Of a stretch of 52,173 nucleotides of DNA, positions 44,601-52,173 are shown piece after piece. Below the pieces are notes generated by a model. It did not search any database. It was not told the DNA's origin and was given only the letters and a program-made list of their open reading frames with translations. Every line of letters begins with the position of its first letter. Position 1 is the stretch's first letter. Origin of the DNA: an uncultured Thiotrichales bacterium (lineage in GTDB: Bacteria; Pseudomonadota; Gammaproteobacteria; UWMA-0217); NCBI GenBank assembly GCA_964613895.1, contig CAZTJP010000002.1:1-52173 (forward strand), in the 5' to 3' direction. Both the position numbers and the translations under genes were made by a program.

Positions 44601-45187
44601 AGCAGTTTTCTTTCGCTTGCCGGATCGAGGGATTCCTCGCTCACGGATTCGAAATGCGCAATGGCCTGGCGGCGGGTTTTCTCGTTCAAGCTTTCAACCC
44701 GCGCCAGCGCCAGCCGGTAGGCGGTATTGGAAGGGTAGTGCTTGACCAGCTTTTCGAGCGCCAGCCTGGCCTGTTTCCAGTGCTTGGGGACACCGCCCAT
44801 CGTTTCGAAATATTCAGCAGCATGAAAGCTGGAGGGTGGTTTCTTGCCGTGGAAGGCGGCCTCGTAAGCCTTCAGGGCCTCATCATATTTTCCCTGCAGG
44901 GCCAGGCTTCGGGCGCGTTTGAGTTGTTCATGGTCGATGGCGTCCGGATCGAAATGCCGGATTTCCTCGATGCCGAACAAGGCCTCCCGATTTCCCGGTT
45001 CGGCGCGCAGGACCTTGCGCCAGGCCTTGATGGCCAGTTCGGTCTGGCCCTGCCCATACCAGAAATGTCCCTGAACCAGGAGTTGGTGAATATCCTCGGT
45101 TCGGTTCGCGGCCAGCACGGGCGTGGCGCAGACGATGCTCAGCCCGCAGGCAACGAGGACTTCGGATTTCCAGCAGCGTCGGTGCAT
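41615..45187 (-). CDS. bcsC: Cellulose synthase operon protein C (TPR plus beta-barrel), copy 2
   Basis: Start taken at MHRRCWKSEVLVACGLSIVCATPVLA (alternative 45199). TPR array and a C-terminal barrel ending AGVFLRYFW, parallel to copy 1. Overlaps the bcsZ 3' end by about 49 nt. Confidence 0.9.
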   Translation of the reverse strand: MHRRCWKSEVLVACGLSIVCATPVLAANRTEDIHQLLVQGHFWYGQGQTELAIKAWRKVLRAEPGNREALFGIEEIRHFDPDAIDHEQLKRARSLALQGKYDEALKAYEAAFHGKKPPSSFHAAEYFETMGGVPKHWKQARLALEKLVKHYPSNTAYRLALARVESLNEKTRRQAIAHFESVSEESLDPASERKLLAAWKDALLWLHARRSDAPLYQHFLTRYPQSRFPQIRHRYAQLTIPIDETPEGAFALLEKGDLKHAARGFAAMLKKQPKRADALEGLGLVRLRQHRYRKAERLLEQAIRADKRKEQSLRPAIDDARFWRRYHWANHLFDIGESKRARQIIESLLKERPEQMEVLLFRAQIASWNRDFGVAADYFERVLQKDSRNKTAQAGLIDAFINLGDDRQATTLLKKYHLPTDQYERARDRLKATRLRTRANLSQDPHQSETLLRQALALDADNPWLHLDLARTLVRLNRKTEARKVMEPLRTLPDEDGSAHYALALFEAGLANWPAVQAELSQIPESSRSYPMQRLLDQAQGELDYQQALTRLRAGDKPAARVLAERMQPLSARFPRIALHRADLLIRLGQREAGVEAAHQASHMLTHDADPGLWVRYADLLLKTQQWPEFDALVTRLLNTSTLDAAQTEAVAAMRLSAALTRARTWLARGQAEKALALLEPLKQDYSNNPDFKLALAAGLQATHQDRKALTLFQDVLRRDPDSIDAAAGAFGAAMTLKQFRLAEQINQRALQRHPDHPRLLAGKARLALLRQQKAKARHDLEKALARADNAEDLPPHWRDRTRTLLDSVIDHRLPTAGTGLAIRTRGEQHGLDRLEERVLPVSLEIAKPRDGKLTLELRHLQLDSGQLSANQASQYGSLILSDSTPDTRGIEHRYSGFSPGIAYHSDNLSADLRLTPSTFPVRQAYGGLSWRHYDFGYQVSGTVSRRPVRESLLAYAGAIDPLTGHKWGGVSRTSAELGVVLPSETSTLYSRFSVARLTGKHVRDNAQLRLDGGLQWPLLSQDERQASIGLQLEYQDYQRNLDGFTLGQGGYFSPDDYLAIRIPFDWRQTRGPLSLSLNAAVGMQRYSRPISPVFPNDPALQRQLDDRATSDPNVVTSRPAAEKSSAVYTLRGEIGYSPDQRLALGAWASLTDTNNFKESAAGVFLRYFWNPVSSKEAFPGKKFETPEVW

Positions 45188-46317
45188 GGTGTCTCCCATT
45201 GGGTGGTCAAACGTCCATCGGGCTCGAAACGAAACCGTTTCTCCAGCCAGGCGAGGGCGAACAACGCCAGATTCTGGTCGTAGTAACGCGGTTCGTCGGT
45301 CAGCAGCCCGTTTTTCCACTGTGAATCGATCATCCGGATCGTGCGGTGCAGACGGCGTTCCGCTTGTTTGGACTTGAAGAAGGGCGCCAACGCGGCCTTG
45401 AAACCAATCGGTGATTTGCCAGCGCCCATGCGCGAGCGGGTGTCGATCTTCTCGGGTGGCAGCCCGAACGAGTCGTTGGTGAAGTCCAGCAGGTTGAGGA
45501 AGCGGGCCTTGAGCGGATCGGCGTCATTGAGCATTCCCAGCCAGAGATAGACCCGGATGGCGTCGTAGCTGCCGATCGATTCATTCGGCAGGGTCGTGAA
45601 TCCCTTGTGGTGGTCATAGACGATCCAGTCGGGGACGATGCCGGTCGCGCCCGCCGCCAACAGCATCTTGCGGGTCGTGACGATGACCTGATCCCAGACC
45701 GTGGTGGATGATGCCCGCGAAAAGCGGCGCAGCAGCTGTAAAGGCAGATAGCTGGGATTGAGCTTCCAGCGCCCGGCATCGAGTTGGAAGCCCTCGCGTC
45801 CGGGCAGAACCGTTTTCCCCAGTCCGGGCAGATCACGGATATCCTGTATTTCGATATTGTGCAGAACGGCCTTGCCGAGGCGTCGCAGCTCGGGCCGGTT
45901 CCACAAGCGTCCAGCTTCCAGCAGCGCATAGGCCAGCCACATGTCGGCATCACTGGCGGTATTGGCATCGAGGATGCCCCAGTGCCCGCGATCGTCCTGG
46001 CCCCAGAGCCAGGCGGGCAGATGACGGCTCAGGTCACCTGCCGCCAGGTTGTCCCGGGTCCAGGCGAGAATCTTGTCGAACCGCTGGCGGTCATTGGCTA
46101 CCAACGCATGGAAGAGTGAATAGGCCTGTCCCTCCGAGGTGGTTCGCCCCTTCTGGCTATGCTCGATCACGCGTCCATCGGACTGGATGAAATGTCCGGC
46201 ATAGGCGTTCCACAGCTGCCATTGGCCCGTGCAGGCCGCCGCGTTGGCAGCAGTGGCCCGAACGGTGAACAGAAACAGCAGGATCAGCAGCGAGGGTTTG
46301 AGGAAATCCATATTCAC
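45139..46317 (-). CDS. bcsZ: Endo-1,4-beta-glucanase BcsZ (GH8)
   Basis: 392 aa with a signal peptide. TTSEGQAYSLFHAL catalytic-Glu motif and SDADMWLAYALLEA. Position is between bcsAB and bcsC. Confidence 0.9.
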   Translation of the reverse strand: MNMDFLKPSLLILLFLFTVRATAANAAACTGQWQLWNAYAGHFIQSDGRVIEHSQKGRTTSEGQAYSLFHALVANDRQRFDKILAWTRDNLAAGDLSRHLPAWLWGQDDRGHWGILDANTASDADMWLAYALLEAGRLWNRPELRRLGKAVLHNIEIQDIRDLPGLGKTVLPGREGFQLDAGRWKLNPSYLPLQLLRRFSRASSTTVWDQVIVTTRKMLLAAGATGIVPDWIVYDHHKGFTTLPNESIGSYDAIRVYLWLGMLNDADPLKARFLNLLDFTNDSFGLPPEKIDTRSRMGAGKSPIGFKAALAPFFKSKQAERRLHRTIRMIDSQWKNGLLTDEPRYYDQNLALFALAWLEKRFRFEPDGRLTTQWETPCTDAAGNPKSSLPAG

Positions 46318-46329
46318 ATGACCACCGCT

Positions 46330-49300
46330 TCAGCTCGGACGCAGGTCGTAGTCGAAGCGGTTCTCGGCCTGATGTCGCAGCATGATCTTCATGATCAGTG
46401 ACATGATCAGTACCACGGCGGTGAACAGCAGCAACAACGCCATGATGTGGTTGGAGAGGTACCAGCGGGTCCAGGTCAGCCAGGGCAGGTAGCCCACGTA
46501 GTAGCTCGGGGCGATCCGGAAACTGTCGACACGGTTGGTCTGGAACAATGTCAGGTCGCCGGTGAAGTTCCGCAGTGAGTCATCATCGTTGAGCGCGGCG
46601 GTGATGAGCGGGTAGTCGCTCTGATGATTGGCCGCCAGCAGCACCACGGTGCGGTTGTCGCCAATGGGTGACTCGAAGCTGCTGACCGCGGCCAGGTTGG
46701 GGCCAATATCCGAGAGAATTTCCGAAGCACTGGCAAAACGCTCACTTTTCTCGCCTTTCCACCAGAGCGCCGCCTTGTCCTGCCACGACAGCCGGCGAAC
46801 CGACCACTGGCCATTGGCATTGCGGACGATGGGCATGGCGTCCCGCCAGTCGTCGAGCAGGCTCTGACGCTCATCGCCGCCGATCATGATGATGTCGCGA
46901 TCGGTGGCGTCCACTGCCTGGCGCGGAAAGGTGACCAGCAGCCGAAAAGCAGGGTATCCCGATGCCGCGCCCAGTTTGCCCAGCACGTCGAGCATGGTGC
47001 GGATCTCGTTCGCGGTAGGGGACTCCGGCAGGATGACGGCGCTTTCGGACAGATCGGCCATGCGGGTGAAGGGATAGCCGATATTGGCAAACTTGGCATT
47101 GTCCGGCATGCGCGCGTAATGGGTCCAGCCGGTCAAATCGAAATGCGAATCCGGGTCGATGCCGGTCGTCATGTTGTCGGTATAGAGACTGGCGCAGGTC
47201 CTGGCGGCATCATCCGGCAGCTGGATATCATAGTAGAGCGTCAGCGTATTGAGCCCGGCCAGACCATCCTTCTTCAGGTACAGCGCACTGCTGTCCTCGA
47301 TTCGGGGAATCTTGTAGCGTGGACCGTCCGGTGTCTCCACCGGCTGGGGGAGCGTATCGTTGGTGGCGACATGGAGGCTCTTGATCCACTGGCCACTGAC
47401 CAGCACATCCAGACTGCTTTCAGCCTTGAGTGGCAAATCGCTGTAACTGTAGTTCACCGTGACCGGCAAGTCGTTCGCCCGCCAGTTGAACAGGTCGGGC
47501 GCGACCCGGAAATGGATGTCGATCCTGTCGGGAGAGATGCCATACTGGGTGAACCCCTGTGGTGGTGCCAGCTCACTGAAATAGGTCTTGCCGCCGTCGT
47601 TGAGCCAGCGTGGCGCATCATAGGGCTGACGCTTTCCGGGCATCACGGTATGGTTGAAATCGACATGGTCGCCGGCCAGGGGCGTCTGGCCCGAGACCAG
47701 GGTGGTCGCCGCCGCAATCAGTTCACTGTTGTTGCGCCCCTTGATGACCAGCAGTTTGATATGGGATTTGTCCTTGTCTGGCAGGGAGCGCATTTCCACG
47801 CCGGGGCCCTGGATCGTGAGCGATGGCAGAAAGTCATAGTGGGTGGCGGGAGTGGCCAGGACCACCGCGTGTCGCTCCGGTGCCTGATCGATCAGCACCG
47901 GAAAATCCAGGCTGCGATAGTCGGCCTTGCCACCGAACCAGGATGCCAGAATGCCAGCCGCTTTCAGCGCCGCCGGGGATTGACTGAGCGCCTGGGAGAA
48001 AATGAACGGCAGGTTGAGCGGTGCGTCATCGTTTTTGTCGTAGAACGGCAGTGGGAAGTCGGACAGATCATTGGCCAGATCGAGCGGGTGGGTCACGATC
48101 GTGAGCATGCTGTCCTTGTGGATGCGGGCGGTGACTTCTCGTCGCCCCAGCTTTTCGCAGTTTTCCTGAGAAACTGGCTGAAGTTTAAAAGATAACTGAT
48201 TGATATCACTGATATATAAAGGATCAATCGGGAAGGTCTGAACGATGTCTTGCTCGACGGTGTCCGCAGTGAGGGGAATATTTCCCAACGGCTGGCCGTT
48301 CAATGAGATATCCAGCGCGCGGTAATCCTTCAGCAGCTGCCTGGCGATATCGACATGGAGTTTCAGTGAAGCCTGCTTGGCGACCCGATCCGCACGCAGC
48401 GCAAACCAGACAGAATCCTGGGAGTTGCCGCCACGCAGGCGGATCGGTCGATCGAGCCCCAGGTCACTGAAAGCCAGATGACGGGTTGTGACATCGACGA
48501 GCACCGGCCTTTCCTGTGCACCGGCGATCTGTGGCACCAGATAGCTGCTGAGTACCAGCAGGAAGATCACCATCAGCCACAGTGCGGTGCTGAAACCGGG
48601 CCGAACCCGGTTCTCGGGGTCATCGCTGTGGCCGCCCAGCGCCCGGAAAACCCCCAGTACGCCAAAGCGCACGATCTCGAAAAATGACGCCAGCGGCTTG
48701 CGCGGACTCCAGACGTGATACCAGCGTTCCCATGAGTCATCGCGGGCATGGGTGAAATACACCAGGTCACTCAACTGCGCTGGTGACAGATTGCCGAACA
48801 GCACACCGAGATGTTCGCCGGCCACGGTTTTCGCAAGGCCGGGGAAGGAATAGCCCTTGTCCCCATCGAACAGTTCGACGATGACGGGCTCATCACGTTC
48901 GACCGGCGCGCCACCGGGAACGTGCAGCGAGGTGTCGGTGAGCGAGATATCGCGCGACATGGCATCCACCGAGTGGCCATCGGGCAGATGAACCCGGGCG
49001 CGGAATTCGCGGTGGATGCGTGGGGTATCGCGGCGCTGCCGTTTCTCCCAGGCGACGCTCAGCGCGGTACCCAGAATAATGCTGTTGTAAACGGTCCAGC
49101 CCAGGTTGATCAGCACGGTGCCCGATTCATCGGGATTCAGCCAGAACAGTCTGATGAAGGCCACCAGCAAACCTGTCAGGTTCAGAATCAGCAACAGGAA
49201 AACCACCCGTGCAGAGCGCCAGTCGAAATGATCTTCGCGCACCACACCACCCTTGTCGGTGACATTGAAGCGGCCCCCGGAGGGATTGATGAGCGGCCCG

Positions 49301-50802
49301 AGTGTCGGCCCGATCAGGTGAGCGGAGATCAGGGTTTCATAGACATCGGCCCAAAAGCTGTGCCGGTAACGCCCCTGCATGACCGAATTGGCCACCTGTG
49401 CCTGGAACACATGTGGCAATGCATACACCGCGATCATGGCTGCCGAGGCCTGGATCACATAGGCCTCGAAAAACAGATAGGCCAATGGCGCCGTGAGAAA
49501 GATCAGCCGTGGCAGGCCGAACAGGAAGTGCAGCATGGCATTGAAGTAACACAGCCGTTGACCCAGCGACAAACCTCTGGCTACCAGCGGGTTGTCCTTG
49601 CGGAAGATTTGCACCATGCCCCGCGCCCAGCGGGTTCGCTGGCCGATATGTTGCGACAGCCGTTCGGTCGCCAGTCCTGCCGCCAGCGGTTCATTGAGAT
49701 AGGCCGTGTTCCAGCCTTTTTTCTGAATCAACAGGGAGGTATGCGCATCCTCGGTGACCGTATCGGTGGCAATACCACCGATCTCGTTCAGCGCCTCGCG
49801 CTTGAGCACCGCGCAGGAACCGCAGAAGAACGACGCATTCCAGGTATCGTTGCCGTCCTGTACCAGCCCGTAGAACAACTGCCCCTCCGGCGGGACGCGG
49901 TGATAGACCTGCAGGTTGCGCTCCACCGGATCGGGGGTGAAGAAGAAATGCGGGGTTTGCACGATACCGAGTTTGTCGTCCCGCAGGAACCACCCCATCG
50001 TCCTGCGCAGAAACGAACGAACCGGCACATGATCACAATCGAAAATGGCGATATAGTCGCCGTCGGTGTATTGCAGCGCATGGTTGATATTGCCGGCCTT
50101 GGCGCCCTCGGATGATTCCCGCTCGATATAGTGCACGCCGGCTTCCTTTGCAAACGAGCGGAATTCCTCGCGGCAACCATCATCGAGCAGATAGACATTG
50201 AGCCGATCAGCCGGCCAGTCCAGCTTGGCTGCGGCCAGTACCGAGGGTATGACGACCTTCAGGGGTTCATTATATGTGGGGATCAACACATCGACCGATG
50301 GCCACAGGCTACGGTCGGCCGGCAGCGGATAGACTGGCCGCCGCAACGGCCAGATGGTCTGGAAATAGCCGAGAAACAGAACCACCCAGGCATAGATCTC
50401 GGCCACCAGCAGGGCGAACGAGAAGACGTAGTCGAGCAGCGTCAGGTCGAGGTTGGAATTGAACCAGCCCAGTGACTGGGTCAGCCGCCAGTAGATATAA
50501 CGGCCGGTGGCGATCACCGAGATCGATATCAGAACGATGACGCGATAGCGCGCCAGTTCGTTTCGAGGTCTCAGCAACAGGGACAGCCCCAGTGACGCCA
50601 GCACGAACAGTAATTGCTGGTCGAGCGTCAGGGGAATCGAGCTGAGCAGCAATACCAGCAACGCGGACGCCAACAGCGCCGGCCATAGCAGCCAGCGCCA
50701 GGAGGTTCGCTCGTTACGTCCACGTGGTTTGGTACGAGCGTGGTTGCCAGTTTTGTTGTTCAACATTTTTTCTCGGATCGCCCGCCAAGGCGCGTATTGC
50801 AT
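46330..50802 (-). CDS. bcsA: Fused cellulose synthase BcsA-BcsB (AcsAB-type), copy 2
   Basis: 1490 aa. YLLDDG, FDCDH, QTPH, TEDAHTS, QRTRWARG. PilZ segment RRDTPR...DISLTD. Linker TM, BcsB-like region and C-terminal TM. By eye the GT domain is highly similar to copy 1, and the BcsB part much less so. An alternative start is at 50766. Confidence 0.9.
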   Translation of the reverse strand: MQYAPWRAIREKMLNNKTGNHARTKPRGRNERTSWRWLLWPALLASALLVLLLSSIPLTLDQQLLFVLASLGLSLLLRPRNELARYRVIVLISISVIATGRYIYWRLTQSLGWFNSNLDLTLLDYVFSFALLVAEIYAWVVLFLGYFQTIWPLRRPVYPLPADRSLWPSVDVLIPTYNEPLKVVIPSVLAAAKLDWPADRLNVYLLDDGCREEFRSFAKEAGVHYIERESSEGAKAGNINHALQYTDGDYIAIFDCDHVPVRSFLRRTMGWFLRDDKLGIVQTPHFFFTPDPVERNLQVYHRVPPEGQLFYGLVQDGNDTWNASFFCGSCAVLKREALNEIGGIATDTVTEDAHTSLLIQKKGWNTAYLNEPLAAGLATERLSQHIGQRTRWARGMVQIFRKDNPLVARGLSLGQRLCYFNAMLHFLFGLPRLIFLTAPLAYLFFEAYVIQASAAMIAVYALPHVFQAQVANSVMQGRYRHSFWADVYETLISAHLIGPTLGPLINPSGGRFNVTDKGGVVREDHFDWRSARVVFLLLILNLTGLLVAFIRLFWLNPDESGTVLINLGWTVYNSIILGTALSVAWEKRQRRDTPRIHREFRARVHLPDGHSVDAMSRDISLTDTSLHVPGGAPVERDEPVIVELFDGDKGYSFPGLAKTVAGEHLGVLFGNLSPAQLSDLVYFTHARDDSWERWYHVWSPRKPLASFFEIVRFGVLGVFRALGGHSDDPENRVRPGFSTALWLMVIFLLVLSSYLVPQIAGAQERPVLVDVTTRHLAFSDLGLDRPIRLRGGNSQDSVWFALRADRVAKQASLKLHVDIARQLLKDYRALDISLNGQPLGNIPLTADTVEQDIVQTFPIDPLYISDINQLSFKLQPVSQENCEKLGRREVTARIHKDSMLTIVTHPLDLANDLSDFPLPFYDKNDDAPLNLPFIFSQALSQSPAALKAAGILASWFGGKADYRSLDFPVLIDQAPERHAVVLATPATHYDFLPSLTIQGPGVEMRSLPDKDKSHIKLLVIKGRNNSELIAAATTLVSGQTPLAGDHVDFNHTVMPGKRQPYDAPRWLNDGGKTYFSELAPPQGFTQYGISPDRIDIHFRVAPDLFNWRANDLPVTVNYSYSDLPLKAESSLDVLVSGQWIKSLHVATNDTLPQPVETPDGPRYKIPRIEDSSALYLKKDGLAGLNTLTLYYDIQLPDDAARTCASLYTDNMTTGIDPDSHFDLTGWTHYARMPDNAKFANIGYPFTRMADLSESAVILPESPTANEIRTMLDVLGKLGAASGYPAFRLLVTFPRQAVDATDRDIIMIGGDERQSLLDDWRDAMPIVRNANGQWSVRRLSWQDKAALWWKGEKSERFASASEILSDIGPNLAAVSSFESPIGDNRTVVLLAANHQSDYPLITAALNDDDSLRNFTGDLTLFQTNRVDSFRIAPSYYVGYLPWLTWTRWYLSNHIMALLLLFTAVVLIMSLIMKIMLRHQAENRFDYDLRPS

Positions 50803-50882
50803 ACGTTCGGTTTATGGTTCCGATCGTGTTAACCCCCTTTGTTGCAGCACTGTGGGGGCAACGGCAATCACACAAAAACGTA

Positions 50883-50911
50883 AGAATAATGAAGGCATTA
50901 TGCACTGTCTA
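50883..50911 (-). promoter_or_regulatory. Candidate sigma70 promoter for bcsAB copy 2
   Basis: On the minus strand, TAGACA-N17-TATTCT lies within the only AT-rich stretch of the 337-bp intergenic region. Confidence 0.3.
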
Positions 50912-50963
50912 GCACGTAATACTGTGATATTCCTTCCGTTTTTTGACAATTATTTCCAACCGG

Positions 50964-50993
50964 TAGCCCAAATTCCTCACAGGGTATCGTGAC
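50964..50993. repeat. Degenerate REP-like arm
   Basis: tagcccaaattcctcacagggtatcgtgac compared with tagcccgcatttctcacaggatcacgac (52089..52116). Confidence 0.4.
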
Positions 50994-51139
50994 GGTGACT
51001 GCCAATGCGGCGCGCTGATTGGTATTCACTGAGCTGGTTGCACAACCCGTCAGGAAAATCGACGGCGAAAACGGGTATTGGTTCCTGGTATTCCGGCTTC
51101 CGGCCCGAATCGCCACAAAATTTTACAAAAACAGGGCAG

Positions 51140-52063
51140 TCAGCGAGGACCGGAAAATCCAGCCATCGAACGCAGTGTACGGATCCAGATACCGACCATC
51201 GCCAGCACTCTGCGAAGTTGCCCAAGCGGCTGCCAGACCCTGTTGTTGATCGCTGTACCAGGCGGATCCTCCGGTTCGGCCTGTTCCCAGGGAAAACAGT
51301 GGTAGATGCCCGGCGTGCTGAGGGGGATCCAGGGAAACTTGAGGATATCGAAGTAGGGCGAGGTATCGAAATCCGCTGGTGTACAAAGCCTCGCGTTCGG
51401 CATGTCCATGCGCAGATTGCCTTGCTTATCCTTTCTGACGACCGGCTGAATGGGGAAGTCCACCGAATAGAAAGCCTCAGCGATCAGGGTGGAGCATATC
51501 GTCCGTTTACGGGCAGGCGCACCTTGTCGGGTCTCGAACAGCGTCGAGCGCCAGCGGCGGGGCATGAAACAGTAAGGATACATCCAGCGCGCCAGATCGA
51601 ACAGGTGTCGGACATCATATTGATGGCCGAGCCGCCCTAGCCCATGACGAACGATTCGTCTGGCATCCTGGCGAGTCAGCGACTGGGGGCGGCAAATGCG
51701 GACGTTGAAATCATCGTACTTGTCGATCGGGCTGAGTGTGGCGCCGATACCTAGCTCCGCCTCCAGCAGGAGATAATCGTCATCCCGGCCCATCCAGGCC
51801 TGCCGCATACACGAACGGATGTCACCTTCCTCCCAGTCGCAGATGCGGCCGATGAAAATCGCTGAATGTGTCCAGCGGCTATGTGTGACACTCTTGATCC
51901 ACTGGGCGATGCGGGTTCTGCCTTCGACCAGGATGACATCACCCGGCGCCAGCACCGGCGCCGCCCGGTGCAATTCGGATTGTCCCTCGACCGGTGGCCG
52001 GACTTTGGTATTCAGCCAGCGCGCCAGCGGGGTATACAGACGATTGCCCATGCGGTTTGTCAT
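51140..52063 (-). CDS. YiiX/YaeF-like permuted papain-fold (NlpC/P60 clan) hydrolase
   Basis: 307 aa. The His motif SRWTHSAIFIG precedes the Cys motif RTICSTLIAEAFY, the permuted order typical of the YiiX family. Same strand as bcsAB copy 2 and directly upstream of it. Confidence 0.55.
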   Translation of the reverse strand: MTNRMGNRLYTPLARWLNTKVRPPVEGQSELHRAAPVLAPGDVILVEGRTRIAQWIKSVTHSRWTHSAIFIGRICDWEEGDIRSCMRQAWMGRDDDYLLLEAELGIGATLSPIDKYDDFNVRICRPQSLTRQDARRIVRHGLGRLGHQYDVRHLFDLARWMYPYCFMPRRWRSTLFETRQGAPARKRTICSTLIAEAFYSVDFPIQPVVRKDKQGNLRMDMPNARLCTPADFDTSPYFDILKFPWIPLSTPGIYHCFPWEQAEPEDPPGTAINNRVWQPLGQLRRVLAMVGIWIRTLRSMAGFSGPR

Positions 52064-52087
52064 GATGAGTCGGCCGCGGTATTCGGG

Positions 52088-52157
52088 CTAGCCCGCATTT
52101 CTCACAGGATCACGACTTGCGGCCTCGCTACGCGACCCTGTGAGAAATCCGGGCTAG
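52088..52157. repeat. Complete REP-like palindromic element
   Basis: 21-nt arms ctagcccgCatttctcacagg (52088..52108) and cctgtgagaaatCcgggctag (52137..52157) form an inverted repeat with 1 mismatch around a 28-nt loop. Confidence 0.75.
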
Positions 52158-52173
52158 GTTCCGATGCCATGCT

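Noticed and set aside
48170-48240. A conspicuously AT-rich patch (aagtttaaaagataactgattgatatcactgatatataaagg) inside a GC-rich region.
   Set aside because: It is in frame within bcsAB copy 2 (minus strand, ...PIDPLYISDINQLSFKLQPV...) with no frame disruption. It looks like local codon usage and not an insertion.
50898-51225. Minus-strand ORFs of 72 and 82 aa in the spacer upstream of bcsAB copy 2.
   Set aside because: They have no RBS and non-coding-like composition. They overlap the 3' end of the YiiX-like gene and a degenerate REP arm. The region is better explained as promoter/UTR.

Overview
This is a 52 kb chromosomal segment with no rRNA, tRNA, CRISPR, integrase or transposase genes. 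By eye it is GC-rich, and the gene order looks gammaproteobacterial (surA-pdxA, lptD, mrdA-rodA-mltB-rlpA-dac-ybeD-lipB). All calls rest on motif and architecture recognition in the supplied translations; no database search was run.

Contents in order:
- (1) A redox-repair block: a YeeE/YedE-like membrane protein, msrB, msrA and a divergent msrA paralog. It is followed by a rubrerythrin / HdrD-GlpC-like CCG Fe-S protein / DUF3501-like trio, preceded by a sigma70-like promoter and a perfect 21-bp palindrome.
- (2) rimO, translationally coupled to an unrecognised 220-aa ORF.
- (3) Cellulose locus 1: bcsC on the minus strand, divergent from a fused bcsA-bcsB gene (1474 aa).
- (4) Same-strand genes downstream of locus 1: an exported protein with a sorting-signal-like tail, then a tightly packed Sel1-repeat / secreted vWA / ABC ATPase / FtsX-MacB-type permease module. 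I cannot assign this module to any described system.
- (5) moeB, an Ala-rich lipoprotein built from about 13 tandem 11-residue repeats, pdxA, surA and lptD.
- (6) The cell-wall elongation cluster.
- (7) An orphan nor-accessory operon (norE-like, norF-like, hemerythrin, norQ, Zn-ribbon membrane peptide, norD). It has a class-II-positioned FNR/DNR box, a divergent CcoG/NapH-like ferredoxin, and no norCB in the window.
- (8) Cellulose locus 2 on the minus strand: a YiiX-like permuted papain, a second fused bcsAB (1490 aa), bcsZ, bcsC and a small coupled secreted ORF.

A REP-like palindromic repeat occurs at both window edges in opposite orientation, with degenerate copies inside.

The most interesting items are the Sel1-vWA-ABC module, the duplicated fused bcsAB loci and the client-less norQD operon.
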